The notes under the pieces are model-generated. The model saw nothing but the letters and a program-made list of their open reading frames with translations, made no database searches and was not told the origin of the DNA. A stretch of DNA of 36,729 nucleotides. Source: an uncultured Bifidobacterium sp. GTDB lineage: Bacteria; Actinomycetota; Actinomycetes; S36-B12; UBA5976. Each line of letters opens with the position of its first letter. Within the stretch, counting starts at the first letter, position 1. Shown piece by piece: positions 19,289-29,694 of this stretch. The position numbers and the translations under genes were made by a program. The stretch lies in contig CAYXYW010000004.1 of NCBI GenBank assembly GCA_964469855.1, positions 1 to 36,729 on the forward strand, in the 5' to 3' direction.

Positions 19289-20102
19289 TTTCCATAATCT
19301 CAGCAAGAGCGGTTATTGCCGCTGCCGTTCCCGCTACATCGTGCACTCGAACTGCCCAAATCTTATTGGCTGCTAAATAAGCATTGAGCGCATGTGTTGC
19401 TGCATCTTGATCTACGCCTAATTCTCGAATGAACTTTTTTCGAGATGCACCAACTAGCAATGGAAAGCCCAACGAATTCAGCGTTGCTATCTCGGAAATT
19501 AACTGCCAATTATGTTCTGGAAGTTTGGCAAATCCCAACCCAGGATCCAAAATTATGCGGTTTTTTTCAATGCCAGCTCCCAGTGCTACCGCAACTCGTT
19601 GCTCTAGTTCTTCGATAACTTCTAGCGCGACATTCTGATAGGTAGCATTTTCATACATATCAGCAGAATGATTACGCCAGTGCATACAAACATAGGGAAC
19701 TTGCTTTTCAGCTACCGCAAAAACCATCTCCGCATCAGCTAATCCGCCACTAACATCATTGACGATAGCGGCACCAGCAGCAATCGCAGCAACTGCAACA
19801 TCTGCCCGCATTGTGTCAATTGACACGGTTGCAAACCGGCTGACCTCTTCAATAACTGGAATCACTCGAGCTAACTCTTCTGTAGTTGAGATTCGCTCAG
19901 CACCTGGCCTTGTTGATTCGCCACCAATATCTATCACATCCGCGCCCTGTGAAATTAATTCTTTTGCGTGTTTAATGGCATTTGCCGGGTCTAAGAATTT
20001 GCCTCCATCAGAAAAAGAGTCAGGTGTTACGTTAAGTATGCCAAATATCAGCGTGCGATTTAAGTCAGTTAAAGATGCTGGCAGTCCAGACGGATGAATC
20101 AT
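19278..20102 (-). CDS. folP: Dihydropteroate synthase
   Basis: GILNVTPDSFSDGG, IGGESTRPG, DPGLGFAK, GASRK, VRVHDV. Confidence 0.97.
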   Translation of the reverse strand: MIHPSGLPASLTDLNRTLIFGILNVTPDSFSDGGKFLDPANAIKHAKELISQGADVIDIGGESTRPGAERISTTEELARVIPVIEEVSRFATVSIDTMRADVAVAAIAAGAAIVNDVSGGLADAEMVFAVAEKQVPYVCMHWRNHSADMYENATYQNVALEVIEELEQRVAVALGAGIEKNRIILDPGLGFAKLPEHNWQLISEIATLNSLGFPLLVGASRKKFIRELGVDQDAATHALNAYLAANKIWAVRVHDVAGTAAAITALAEIMENDE

Positions 20103-20103
20103 G

Positions 20104-20694
20104 TTAAGAACTTCGAATTAAATTCATTACTTCAGAACGAGCCGGTTCGTCTTTTAGGGAACCTCGTGCGGTGCTGGTAACAGTTAGTGCATTGGTTTTC
20201 TTAATTCCTCGCATTGACATACAAAGGTGTTGCGCCTCCATAATTACAATTACACCAGATGGTTGAAGTTTTTCTTCAATTACATCTGCAATTTGCGTGG
20301 TTAATCTCTCTTGCACCTGTGGCCGTTTTGCATAGAGATCTACTACTCGAGCTAATTTTGAAAGGCCAGTGATCTTGCCACCAAATCCTGGGATATAACC
20401 GATATGCGCAACACCAAAGAAAGGTAATAAGTGGTGTTCACAGATGGAATAAAATTCAATTCCTTTTACTAAAACAAGTTCCTCATGACCAAGATCAAAA
20501 TTTGTGGTTAGTGCCTGTGCCGGATCAACGTGAATACCCCCAAATATTTCTTGATAGGCACGAGCAACTCGGGCAGGTGTGTCGATCAAGCCGTCTCTAG
20601 TTGGATCTTCACCAATAGCAAGGAGTAGTTCAGTTATGGCCAGCTCAATGCGTTTTGCGTCAATTCCAGTTTGAATTGGGTTCTCACTTGTCAT
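20104..20694 (-). CDS. folE: GTP cyclohydrolase I
   Basis: [39 protein letters not shown]; ATG at 20694 overlaps ftsH end. Confidence 0.97.
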   Translation of the reverse strand: MTSENPIQTGIDAKRIELAITELLLAIGEDPTRDGLIDTPARVARAYQEIFGGIHVDPAQALTTNFDLGHEELVLVKGIEFYSICEHHLLPFFGVAHIGYIPGFGGKITGLSKLARVVDLYAKRPQVQERLTTQIADVIEEKLQPSGVIVIMEAQHLCMSMRGIKKTNALTVTSTARGSLKDEPARSEVMNLIRSS

Positions 20695-22666
20695 TTTCAC
20701 TCTTAGGTGAGGAGCCATTCAATTCTGCTTTAGTTGGAACGGGAACGGGTGGCAAATTACTTGGAATGCGCTTATCACTTCCAGTCCATGCGGCACGATG
20801 CTCTCGTCGAATGAGTGGCTCAAAAATTTTTGCCACCTCTGCTTTATCTAAGGTTTCTTTTTCCATCAGCGCAACAACGAGTGCATCTAATACTGTGCGA
20901 TTCTCGGTTAATATCTCATAAGCTTCATGATGCGCTGTTTCAATCAACTTGCGAACTTCATCATCAATTGCAGCTGCAATATCTTCAGAGTAATCACGTT
21001 GCTGCGTAAATTCTCGGCCAAAGAATGGATCAGCACCATCGCGACCATACTTAATTGCACCTAATCGCTCAGTCATGCCGTATTGCGTAACCATGGCTCG
21101 CGCCAAGGACGTGGCCTTCTCAATATCGTTGCTGGCACCGGTGGTTGGGTCATGGAAAACCATCTCTTCAGCAGCCCTACCGCCAAGCATGTAAGCCAAT
21201 TTATCTAGCATTTCATTACGGGTAGTTGAGTACTTTTCCTGATCAGGCAAAACCATGGTGTAACCCAGAGCTCTACCACGCGGCATGATTGTGACTTTGT
21301 GAACCGGATCGCTGGTTGGTAATGCTGCTGCAACTAGCGCATGACCGCCTTCGTGATACGCAGTTACTAACCGCTCCTTGTCATCCATTACCCGAGTACG
21401 TTTTTGTGGACCAGCAATCACACGATCAATTGCTTCATCTAACAATTCATTGGTAATTGTTTCCTGATTAACTCGGGCACTTAATAATGCTGCTTCATTC
21501 AATACATTTGCTAAATCCGCACCAGTAAAGCCGGGCGTGCGTCGGGCAACTGCAAGTAAATCCACATCATCACTAAGTGGTTTTCCTTTTGCGTGTACTT
21601 TCAAAATCTGTTCTCGGCCAGTTAAATCTGGTCGCTCGACTGCAATTTGTCGATCAAATCTGCCTGGCCGCAATAGCGCAGGATCCAAAATGTCAGGTCG
21701 GTTTGTGGCAGCAATCATGATGACAGTGCCCTTATCATCAAATCCATCCATCTCAACCAGCATTTGGTTTAGCGTCTGCTCCCGCTCATCATGTCCGCCG
21801 CCCAATCCGGCGCCACGTTGACGACCAACTGCATCTATTTCATCAATGAAAATAATTGCTGGGGCATTCGCTTTTGCTTGCTCAAATAGATCTCTCACTC
21901 GGCTAGCACCAACACCAACAAACATTTCAACGAAATCTGAACCAGAGATTGAGAAGAACGGCACCCCTGCTTCACCTGCAACTGCGCGAGCTAACAATGT
22001 TTTACCAGTTCCGGGTGGACCATAAAGTAAAACACCTTTGGGAATTTTTGCCCCCATCTTCAAGAAACGCTCTGGGCTGGCTAGAAAATCTTTAATTTCA
22101 GTTAACTCTTCAACGGCTTCATCTGCACCAGCAACATCAGCAAAAGTAGTTTTTGGCATATCCTTAGTGATCTGCTTTGCTCTACTCTTACCAAAATTCA
22201 TTAGTCGGCCGCCACCTTGCATCCGATTCATGAAGAAGAACAGCAAAAAGATAATGATTGCGATCGGTAGCAACGAAATCAGAATTGAAACCAAGATATT
22301 CTGCGACGGCACTCGCACGGTGTAGCCATTAGCTAACCGACCTGCTTCAACTTGGGATTGAAGTTCTTGTTGCAACACTAGACCTTGACCAGTAACAAAA
22401 TCAGTAATTGCGGAGCGGCCGTCCTTTAGTTTTAATTCAAGTCGTTGATCGCGATCAACAATTACCGCACTGCTTACCTGATTGCCACGAATCAACGAAA
22501 GTGCTTCACTGGTATCAATTCGCGTTGGGCCAGTTGCCTGCGAAACTAAATTACTGCCCACTAACAGCAGCACCGTTCCAACCAAAATCCACAGCAGCGC
22601 TCCCCGACGGGTCCGTTTCTTCCTATCGGGTTTTTTCTCTAATTTCTGCTGCGTCAATGCCTTCAA
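20684..22666 (-). CDS. ftsH: ATP-dependent zinc metalloprotease FtsH
   Basis: Two TM segments, GPPGTGKT, second region of homology, HEGGH zinc motif; exact TTG start uncertain. Confidence 0.97.
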   Translation of the reverse strand: MKALTQQKLEKKPDRKKRTRRGALLWILVGTVLLLVGSNLVSQATGPTRIDTSEALSLIRGNQVSSAVIVDRDQRLELKLKDGRSAITDFVTGQGLVLQQELQSQVEAGRLANGYTVRVPSQNILVSILISLLPIAIIIFLLFFFMNRMQGGGRLMNFGKSRAKQITKDMPKTTFADVAGADEAVEELTEIKDFLASPERFLKMGAKIPKGVLLYGPPGTGKTLLARAVAGEAGVPFFSISGSDFVEMFVGVGASRVRDLFEQAKANAPAIIFIDEIDAVGRQRGAGLGGGHDEREQTLNQMLVEMDGFDDKGTVIMIAATNRPDILDPALLRPGRFDRQIAVERPDLTGREQILKVHAKGKPLSDDVDLLAVARRTPGFTGADLANVLNEAALLSARVNQETITNELLDEAIDRVIAGPQKRTRVMDDKERLVTAYHEGGHALVAAALPTSDPVHKVTIMPRGRALGYTMVLPDQEKYSTTRNEMLDKLAYMLGGRAAEEMVFHDPTTGASNDIEKATSLARAMVTQYGMTERLGAIKYGRDGADPFFGREFTQQRDYSEDIAAAIDDEVRKLIETAHHEAYEILTENRTVLDALVVALMEKETLDKAEVAKIFEPLIRREHRAAWTGSDKRIPSNLPPVPVPTKAELNGSSPKSENDK

Positions 22667-22734
22667 CCTCTGCTACCAGGTAGTTCTACCTATTTAGCGG
22701 CTAACGGTAATCCACTTAATTAAAGGAGGCACCC

Positions 22735-23286
22735 TTAGGAGTACATATGGGGGGCGAGCACCGCAACATCGCGTAAATTGCGATATTTCTCGGCAAAATC
22801 AAGGCCATAGCCAACTACGAAGTCGTTTGGAATATCAAAGCCCACATACTTCACCGATACCGAAACTTTTGCTGCATCTGGCTTACGAAGCAAGGTCAAA
22901 ACTTCAACGCTACGCGCACCACGCGAGCGCAAATTAGAAACCAGCCAATTCAAGGTGAGGCCACTATCAATAATGTCCTCAACGATCAAAACATCGCGAC
23001 CAATCACATCTTGATCTAAATCTTTATTAATTCTCACCACACCACTTGATTTGGTGCCGGAGCCATATGACGAGACAGCCATCCAGTCTGTGTCAGCATG
23101 CCGGGTTAAACAACGAATGAAATCTGCCATTAAAACTACTGCGCCTTTGAGCACGCCCACCAACAACAAGTCTTTGTCCCGATAGTCGGCCTCCACATCA
23201 GCAGCTAACTCTTGAAGGCGCTGTTGAATTTGCGCTTCCGTCAATAGAACCTTAGTTAATTCACTGCTTACCTGTGCTGATTCCAT
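22735..23286 (-). CDS. hpt: Hypoxanthine phosphoribosyltransferase
   Basis: GVLKGA, LIVEDIIDSGLTL PRPP motif, FVVGYGLD; GGAGG SD. Confidence 0.97.
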   Translation of the reverse strand: MESAQVSSELTKVLLTEAQIQQRLQELAADVEADYRDKDLLLVGVLKGAVVLMADFIRCLTRHADTDWMAVSSYGSGTKSSGVVRINKDLDQDVIGRDVLIVEDIIDSGLTLNWLVSNLRSRGARSVEVLTLLRKPDAAKVSVSVKYVGFDIPNDFVVGYGLDFAEKYRNLRDVAVLAPHMYS

Positions 23287-23298
23287 CTGACCTCCTAG

Positions 23299-24255
23299 TT
23301 AGTGCGAGATAGTAAGCCTCTCACCGCTGCGTTTCACCTTAAACCCGCCCGGCAAGTTAATTTCTTTTTGACCATGCCAATTTGTGACTAATTCTTCAAC
23401 TGTTTTGATATGGATTTGATGCAAACTGCCGCTTGGCACGCCGGCATGAATCAACCAATGTTGAATTACTCTAGTCCTGATAGCAGCATGACGTTTTTCT
23501 AATTCCACCACATCCAAATCATCTTCAACACTACAATTTGCAAATTGCGTTTCAGTTTCAGCAACAAAATATTCACTATCGATTCGAAGTAATTGTGCAG
23601 ATCTGACTAAACCAGAGATAACATCATCACCGAGCTCAGCTTGCATAACAGGTAACACACTTTTTCTTACCCGGACTCGCAAATAGGAATCATCTGCATT
23701 TGCTGGATCTTCAATCACTGAAACTGTTTCAGGAATAGCAGCATGAACAATCGAACGGTCAAGTTCCAAAAGGGGTCTGATAAAAATACCTCGAACTGGC
23801 GCCATGCCAGCTAACGCTTTACTACCAGAACCTCGAACTAATCTCATCAACACCGTTTCAGCTTGATCATCTTTAGTGTGACCAAGTAATACTGGTGCGC
23901 CATTTAATTCTTCACTCTTTCGTTGCAAAATGGCATACCTAATCTCGCGTGCCGCCGCCTCTCTATTTTCGGCTGGTGTTGGTTCAGCAACAATAATTTC
24001 AATATTAGTTACACCATGTGCTTTAAGTTGATCAGCAGCAAACTGGGCATTAGCGGCAGACAACTCACTCCAGCCGTGATCCACAATCACGACTGTTAGC
24101 TTCCAATTGTGTTTTGCTGCCAAGTTGGCAGTTGTTAGCGCAAGTGCAACTGAGTCAGGCCCGCCGCTACAGGCCACAATCACCCAAACTCCGCCGTAAT
24201 CAGCCAGCGCAGTCTCAATCGCTGCTGCTAACTGAAACTCCGGGTCAGTCACCAA
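23299..24255 (-). CDS. tilS: tRNA(Ile)-lysidine synthetase
   Basis: PP-loop SGGPDS, EAAAREIRY, GHTKDDQAET, RPLL; AAGGAG SD. Confidence 0.95.
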   Translation of the reverse strand: MVTDPEFQLAAAIETALADYGGVWVIVACSGGPDSVALALTTANLAAKHNWKLTVVIVDHGWSELSAANAQFAADQLKAHGVTNIEIIVAEPTPAENREAAAREIRYAILQRKSEELNGAPVLLGHTKDDQAETVLMRLVRGSGSKALAGMAPVRGIFIRPLLELDRSIVHAAIPETVSVIEDPANADDSYLRVRVRKSVLPVMQAELGDDVISGLVRSAQLLRIDSEYFVAETETQFANCSVEDDLDVVELEKRHAAIRTRVIQHWLIHAGVPSGSLHQIHIKTVEELVTNWHGQKEINLPGGFKVKRSGERLTISH

Positions 24256-24418
24256 TCTTGCTCCTTATTAATGCGGCTCAAGATACGCCAAAAGTCGAAC
24301 TCGCAGGTAATCCCAAGCGGAAACGGCCAATGGCTAGACTCACCCCCCTACGCACCCCCAGCCAAGCTGGGTGGTCGTCAGGCCCTCGACCAATTTCGTT
24401 GGCCTTCCAAGGAGGAAC

Positions 24419-26695
24419 ATGTTTCGCTCGACCCTGACTGCCGCTGGCACAAGCGATATTGCCATTACCGGCAGCAACCAAACCTTAGTTTTGGTCGTAG
24501 CAGTTATCTCAGCACTTGCGTTAGTTATGGCTTGGGTTTTCCGCCGTGAAGTACTTGCGTTCGGCGAGGGAACTGAAAAAATGCAAGAAATTGCTAAAGC
24601 CGTTCAAGAAGGTGCTGCGGCATATCTTGCTCGACAATTCAAAACACTAGCCCTATTCGTAGTTCTAATTTTTGGTTTGCTTTTTGTGCTACCTGGAACT
24701 GTTGATGTTCGAATCGGACGCTCCATATTCTTCGTACTTGGTGCGTTGTTCTCCGCATTCATTGGCTACTTCGGTATGTCACTTGCTGTTAAAGCAAATG
24801 TTCGTGTTGCCGCAGCCGCCAAAGAAAGTGGTATTGATCGCGCTACTCGCGTTGCTTTCCGAACTGGTGGTGCCGTTGGAATGGCAACTGTTGGTCTTGG
24901 CTTACTCGGTGCTGCTGTTGTGGTTTACCTATACGAAGGTGAAGCAGCGAAAGTGCTTGAAGGTTTCGGTTTTGGTGCCGCAATGGTTGCGATGTTCATG
25001 CGTGTTGGTGGCGGTATCTTCACCAAAGCAGCTGACGTCGGTGCCGACTTAGTTGGAAAAGTTGAGCAAGGTATTCCAGAGGATGATCCTCGTAACGCTG
25101 CCACAATTGCAGACAACGTTGGTGACAACGTTGGTGACTGCGCTGGTATGGCAGCTGATCTATTTGAGTCTTATGCCGTCACCTTGGTGGCAGCATTAAT
25201 TCTTGGCAAGGTTGCCTTCGGTGTTGAAGGTTTGGTTTTCCCGTTAATCATTCCAGCAATTGGTGTAATCACCGCAGTGATAGGCGTATTCATCACCAAG
25301 CCACGCCAGGGTGAGAATGGTTTAAAGGCAATTAACCGTGGCTTTGCTATCTCAGCTGCTATTTCTGCCACGCTTTCCACAATTGCTTCTTATGTTTATC
25401 TTCCAGCAAGCTTCAGTGAGTTCGCTGGAGTTTCCGAAGAAATTACTGCACTTGATGGCGATCCTCGACTAATTGCAACTGTTTCTGTAATTCTTGGTAT
25501 TGCACTTGCCGCAATTATTCTTCGAGTTACTGGTTACTACACCGGAACCGACAAGAAGCCAGTTCAAGATATTGGCAAGACTTCGCTAACCGGCCCAGCA
25601 ACTGTGGTGCTATCTGGTATCGCAATTGGATTGGAGTCTGCAGTTGTCACCGCGGTAATTATTGGTGCAGCAGTTTATGGCGCATTCCTACTTGGTGGAT
25701 CTTCAATTGCACTATCACTATTTGCAATTGCACTTGCTGGAACTGGTTTGCTAACCACTGTTGGTGTTATCGTGGCAATGGATACTTTCGGCCCAGTTAG
25801 CGATAACGCGCAAGGTATCGCTGAAATGTCAGGCGATGTGCATGGTGAAGCAGCTCAGATATTGACTGAGCTAGATGCAGTCGGAAATACCACGAAAGCA
25901 ATCACTAAAGGAATTGCCATCGCAACTGCAGTGCTTGCCGCTACTGCGTTATTTGGTGCTTATCGTGATGCCATCATTCAGGCAGTAGATGAACTGGGTG
26001 CCCAGTTTGATCTGTTAGATGCCTTCAACGTAACTAAACCAAACTCACTATTTGGTCTACTAATTGGTGCATCAGTAGTGTTCTTGTTCTCAGCACTAGC
26101 CATTAATGCGGTATCTCGTGCAGCTGGCGCAGTTGTTTTCGAAGTTCGAAATCAGTTCGCTACCCGACCAGGAATCATGAACGGTACTGAGCGACCAGAG
26201 TATGGTCGTGTGGTTGATATCTGCACCAAAGACTCATTGCGTGAGTTAGTAACGCCAGGACTGTTAGCAGTGCTTGCCCCAATCGCAGTTGGATTTGGGT
26301 TGGGTGTTGGCGCACTTGCTTCTTACTTAGCTGGCGCAATTGGTGCTGGTACCTTGATGGCAGTGTTCCTATCAAATTCTGGTGGCGCTTGGGATAACGC
26401 TAAGAAACTTGTTGAAGATGGCGTGCATGGTGGCAAAGGATCACAGGCACACGCAGCAACAGTTATTGGTGACACTGTTGGCGATCCATTCAAGGACACC
26501 GCTGGGCCTGCAATTAACCCACTGATCAAGGTAATGAACTTGGTTTCAGTATTGATTGCTCCAGTAATTATTTCACTAACTTTGAGTGCTGAGCCAAATA
26601 CAGCACTACGAATGACCATTGCTGGAGTTGCAGTAGCGATCATCGTAGTTTCAATTCTGGTTTCAAAGCGTAAAGAAGTTAGCATCGCTGCTTAA
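24419..26695 (+). CDS. hppA: Membrane-bound H+-translocating pyrophosphatase, K+-independent type
   Basis: ATG at 24419 with AAGGAGG SD; GGGIFTKAADVGADLVGKVE, DNVGDNVGD, GNTTKA (Lys variant), GDTVGDPFKD. Confidence 0.95.
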   Translation: MFRSTLTAAGTSDIAITGSNQTLVLVVAVISALALVMAWVFRREVLAFGEGTEKMQEIAKAVQEGAAAYLARQFKTLALFVVLIFGLLFVLPGTVDVRIGRSIFFVLGALFSAFIGYFGMSLAVKANVRVAAAAKESGIDRATRVAFRTGGAVGMATVGLGLLGAAVVVYLYEGEAAKVLEGFGFGAAMVAMFMRVGGGIFTKAADVGADLVGKVEQGIPEDDPRNAATIADNVGDNVGDCAGMAADLFESYAVTLVAALILGKVAFGVEGLVFPLIIPAIGVITAVIGVFITKPRQGENGLKAINRGFAISAAISATLSTIASYVYLPASFSEFAGVSEEITALDGDPRLIATVSVILGIALAAIILRVTGYYTGTDKKPVQDIGKTSLTGPATVVLSGIAIGLESAVVTAVIIGAAVYGAFLLGGSSIALSLFAIALAGTGLLTTVGVIVAMDTFGPVSDNAQGIAEMSGDVHGEAAQILTELDAVGNTTKAITKGIAIATAVLAATALFGAYRDAIIQAVDELGAQFDLLDAFNVTKPNSLFGLLIGASVVFLFSALAINAVSRAAGAVVFEVRNQFATRPGIMNGTERPEYGRVVDICTKDSLRELVTPGLLAVLAPIAVGFGLGVGALASYLAGAIGAGTLMAVFLSNSGGAWDNAKKLVEDGVHGGKGSQAHAATVIGDTVGDPFKDTAGPAINPLIKVMNLVSVLIAPVIISLTLSAEPNTALRMTIAGVAVAIIVVSILVSKRKEVSIAA

Positions 26696-26705
26696 TTAAG
26701 CACTT

Positions 26706-26745
26706 CAATAAAGGCGATAAGGATTATTCCTTATCGCCTTTATTG
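26706..26745. terminator. Bidirectional terminator hairpin between convergent hppA and copD/ctaG
   Basis: Perfect 18-bp stem CAATAAAGGCGATAAGGA / TCCTTATCGCCTTTATTG with 4-nt loop. Confidence 0.85.
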
Positions 26746-28667
26746 TGTAAGGAACGAAGCATTTGGTTATAAGCTTCACGCTCTTGATCGCCATATATAT
26801 CTGCTTGACGATCCAATCGAGCAGCTTGTTGTCGATCTGATTTCGCCCACTGCACACCAAGCGCAATAAATACTAAAAGCATCGGTAATTCACCAAAACT
26901 CCACGCAATTGATCCAGCCAATTGTTGATCGCCGATTGGATCAGTTAGCCAAATTGGGGCAACTTTGCCGAACCAACCACCGCCAACTAGTGAAGTGCTC
27001 TGCATCAAGATTAAACCAAATACCGCATGTAGCACCATAGACATTAAAACCAAAATTAATTTGAATGGATGCCCAATATTTCGAGGCTGAAAATCAGTTC
27101 CAATAATCAACCAAAAGAATAAATATCCAGATAGCACAAAATGGAGATGCATAATTACATGGCCCAAATGGCTAGACATCATGCTCGTCATAAGTGATGA
27201 AAAATAAACTGCATAAATTGAACCACTATAGATAGTTAGTGCAATGAAAGGATGAGTAATGAGTTTGCTGTAATTACTTTGTAAAACAATCGTTATCCAC
27301 TCACGTGGACCAACTAATTCATGTTGAGCCGGCTTTATTGATCGGAGCGCTAGCGTTATTGGCGCACCTAACACCAACAGAATTGGCACCAACATGCCAA
27401 GTGCCATGTGCTGTGTCATATGAGCACTCATGGCAACTAGCGCATATCTACTTATCTCCGTATTAGTAACAAAAATTCCAACAGCAACTCCAGATAGCCA
27501 CGACAGAGTTCGAAGTTGTGACCAATTGTCACCGCGTTTAATTAAGCGCCTTACCCCAGCCAAATAAAGGAATATCGCGGCTAGGCCGACAACCAAAGTC
27601 AGTGCATCTGCAGTTAATGTGCTAAATGCTGCAAGCCAATTGAGCTCGGGTGGCTCTGGATAGCCAGTAAGTTGCTCAATCAATGTATTTGCTGATTCGG
27701 AAGCTTTGGGAAATGCAGAATTGGCAGCAGCGGAAGCAATGGCTAGGACAGCAATCAACAGAGAAATTTCAAGTCCTAATATTTTTACCGCGGTAGTTGA
27801 TTCTGAAATCAATCTTTTTCTAATCATTTGTGCAATCAAAACGGCAGCAATCGTCAGTATGGACTTCATCATAATGAGTCGACCATATTCTGAGGTCCAG
27901 ATTTGCGATATCTGATTAATTCGCGTCAGCGAATTTGCAACACCAGAAAGAACTACTGTTACGAAAGCGATGCCAGCTATTTTGCCAAACCGAAGTACTG
28001 CGATTTTTCGTAAAATAACTTTAGGTGCTGACAAATGCCGATACAGCGCAATCAATCCGGCTAGCCAAATACTCATACCGAGCACATGAAAAAAGCCAGA
28101 GGTGGTTGCCAGTGCATGTCCGCTAATTCCTGCAGCGTGTGCAGTTAGCGCGGAAAATGTGGCGGCAACTAACGCGATAGCGGCCGCAGCACCAACACCA
28201 TTAATACGGTTAGTAAACCTAAGCGTCACAGCAATAACTAGTGCCGCAACTGAAGTTAGCAGCATAGCTCTTACCACAGTTAAATCCCAGGCATAGGTTA
28301 GAAAAATTTCTGGCGAAAAAAATCTGTTTGGTGATACGCCAAGAATCTTTATTAAAAGCGATTGAGCTGCAACTATTGCAAGTCCAGACCAAATCAGTGA
28401 TGTTGAAATTGCTCGCCGCTTGAACTTTAATGCAACTGGCGAAAGCAGATTCTTAGCTTCTGTTGGCAGGAAGAAGATAATCACGAATAAGTTTGCCAAA
28501 ACCATAATGCCTGCAAAGGCAGTTAAATACTCCGCAACTGGGGAAAGAGTGAAAATTATTGGACCCGCATCTGGAATTCCAGCTGGCGATTGTTGATACC
28601 AACTGCCACCAAAAACTAGGCCCAGTAATAAAACTGCAATTCCAATAAACCAAACTGGAATAATCAA
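26724..28667 (-). CDS. CopD plus CtaG fusion membrane protein (copper transport / cytochrome c oxidase assembly, CtiP/Rv0102-like)
   Basis: CopD part (TAHAAG, HVLGMSIWLAG, SEYGRLIMMK) and Caa3_CtaG part (SAHMTQHMALGM, LGAPITLAL, DQQLAGSIAWSFGE). Confidence 0.88.
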   Translation of the reverse strand: MIIPVWFIGIAVLLLGLVFGGSWYQQSPAGIPDAGPIIFTLSPVAEYLTAFAGIMVLANLFVIIFFLPTEAKNLLSPVALKFKRRAISTSLIWSGLAIVAAQSLLIKILGVSPNRFFSPEIFLTYAWDLTVVRAMLLTSVAALVIAVTLRFTNRINGVGAAAAIALVAATFSALTAHAAGISGHALATTSGFFHVLGMSIWLAGLIALYRHLSAPKVILRKIAVLRFGKIAGIAFVTVVLSGVANSLTRINQISQIWTSEYGRLIMMKSILTIAAVLIAQMIRKRLISESTTAVKILGLEISLLIAVLAIASAAANSAFPKASESANTLIEQLTGYPEPPELNWLAAFSTLTADALTLVVGLAAIFLYLAGVRRLIKRGDNWSQLRTLSWLSGVAVGIFVTNTEISRYALVAMSAHMTQHMALGMLVPILLVLGAPITLALRSIKPAQHELVGPREWITIVLQSNYSKLITHPFIALTIYSGSIYAVYFSSLMTSMMSSHLGHVIMHLHFVLSGYLFFWLIIGTDFQPRNIGHPFKLILVLMSMVLHAVFGLILMQSTSLVGGGWFGKVAPIWLTDPIGDQQLAGSIAWSFGELPMLLVFIALGVQWAKSDRQQAARLDRQADIYGDQEREAYNQMLRSLHNKGDKE

Positions 28668-28668
28668 G

Positions 28669-29199
28669 TTAATTCCCCCGATTGATAGCGGAGATCAAAC
28701 CCGTGACTGAACTTTCAACCATTGCCAAAACATCTTGATATGCCGAAATTGGTTCATAATATGGATCTGGCACTTCCAATTTTGAATAATCTTTTATTGG
28801 ATCAAGGTTTTGCAATTGAGCGTCAAATTGACGTAAGAAAAATACTTTTTGGACATCTGTTGGATTATTTGTTAACTGCAAAACATTATCGTAGTTTGAT
28901 TTGTCCATAACCAACAATAAATCGTGATTTTCAAACATAGCACTATTGAATTGTTGTGCTGTATGTTCGTACTTATATCCAACCGCTTCCCAAACTTTTT
29001 TTGATTTTGGGTTTGGCCCTTCGCCAACATGCCAAGATCCGGTACCTGAACTTGATACCAAATACTTTGGTTTCGTTATTTGCTGGGTTCGATTGTGCAA
29101 AACAGCTGCAGCCATTGGCGAGCGACAAATATTTCCCAAGCACACCATCATGACCCTGATCTCAGATTTATCGGCTAATGCGGCGATGTATTCGTTCAC
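28669..29199 (-). CDS. Low-molecular-weight protein-tyrosine phosphatase
   Basis: VCLGNICRSPMA P-loop, GTGSWHVG, VPDPYY; GTG at 29199 with AAGGAG SD. Confidence 0.93.
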   Translation of the reverse strand: MNEYIAALADKSEIRVMMVCLGNICRSPMAAAVLHNRTQQITKPKYLVSSSGTGSWHVGEGPNPKSKKVWEAVGYKYEHTAQQFNSAMFENHDLLLVMDKSNYDNVLQLTNNPTDVQKVFFLRQFDAQLQNLDPIKDYSKLEVPDPYYEPISAYQDVLAMVESSVTGLISAINRGN

Positions 29200-29260
29200 T
29201 ACTGGCTCCTTAATGGCTAAGGTTAGCCTAGTTCTTAAAGAGCGGAGCAGGGTGAATTCA

Positions 29261-29638
29261 ATGACAGCAATTAGAACCACGTTAAAAACTGGCGCAACTG
29301 TTTTTGGATTAAGTGCGGTGCTGCTACTTCTGCTTCCTAGCGTATTTATTGATCTACTTTTATTGCCACAATCTGATGAATTGAGCTGGGCCATGCGAAT
29401 GATCGGAATTACCTTAGTTGCGCTAACTGGAAATATGTACGTTGTAGCCACCACTGCATCTGATCGTGGTGTGCATCGTGCGGCGCAGGTGATGTTGGTT
29501 GCAGCCACCACACTTGGGATTCTTACCTTATTAATTCCGGTTGAGCTAAACCTATTTACAGGCGTCTATGCTGCCATCGGATTTGGATTCGGGCTTACTT
29601 ATGGCACCTTGCTAGTTAAGTTACGGCGCGCCCACTAG
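29261..29638 (+). CDS. Small hypothetical membrane protein (about 125 aa, about 4 TM)
   Basis: Hydrophobic ORF filling the gap between ptpA and typA; start ATG 29261 or GTG 29252 after GGAG. Confidence 0.72.
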   Translation: MTAIRTTLKTGATVFGLSAVLLLLLPSVFIDLLLLPQSDELSWAMRMIGITLVALTGNMYVVATTASDRGVHRAAQVMLVAATTLGILTLLIPVELNLFTGVYAAIGFGFGLTYGTLLVKLRRAH

Positions 29639-29694
29639 GCTCGTGCTCTAAATCCAATCAAATTAGAAGGGCTGGCAGCACTGCTGCCTAAATC

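Noticed and set aside
24341-24418. Fluoride or other known riboswitch before hppA
   Set aside because: No recognisable crcB-type consensus by eye; needs an Rfam scan
28946-29511. Long mutual overlap of the 280-aa and 230-aa ORFs
   Set aside because: Artefact of longest-ORF calling; SD-supported starts at 29199 (minus) and 29252/29261 (plus) remove the overlap
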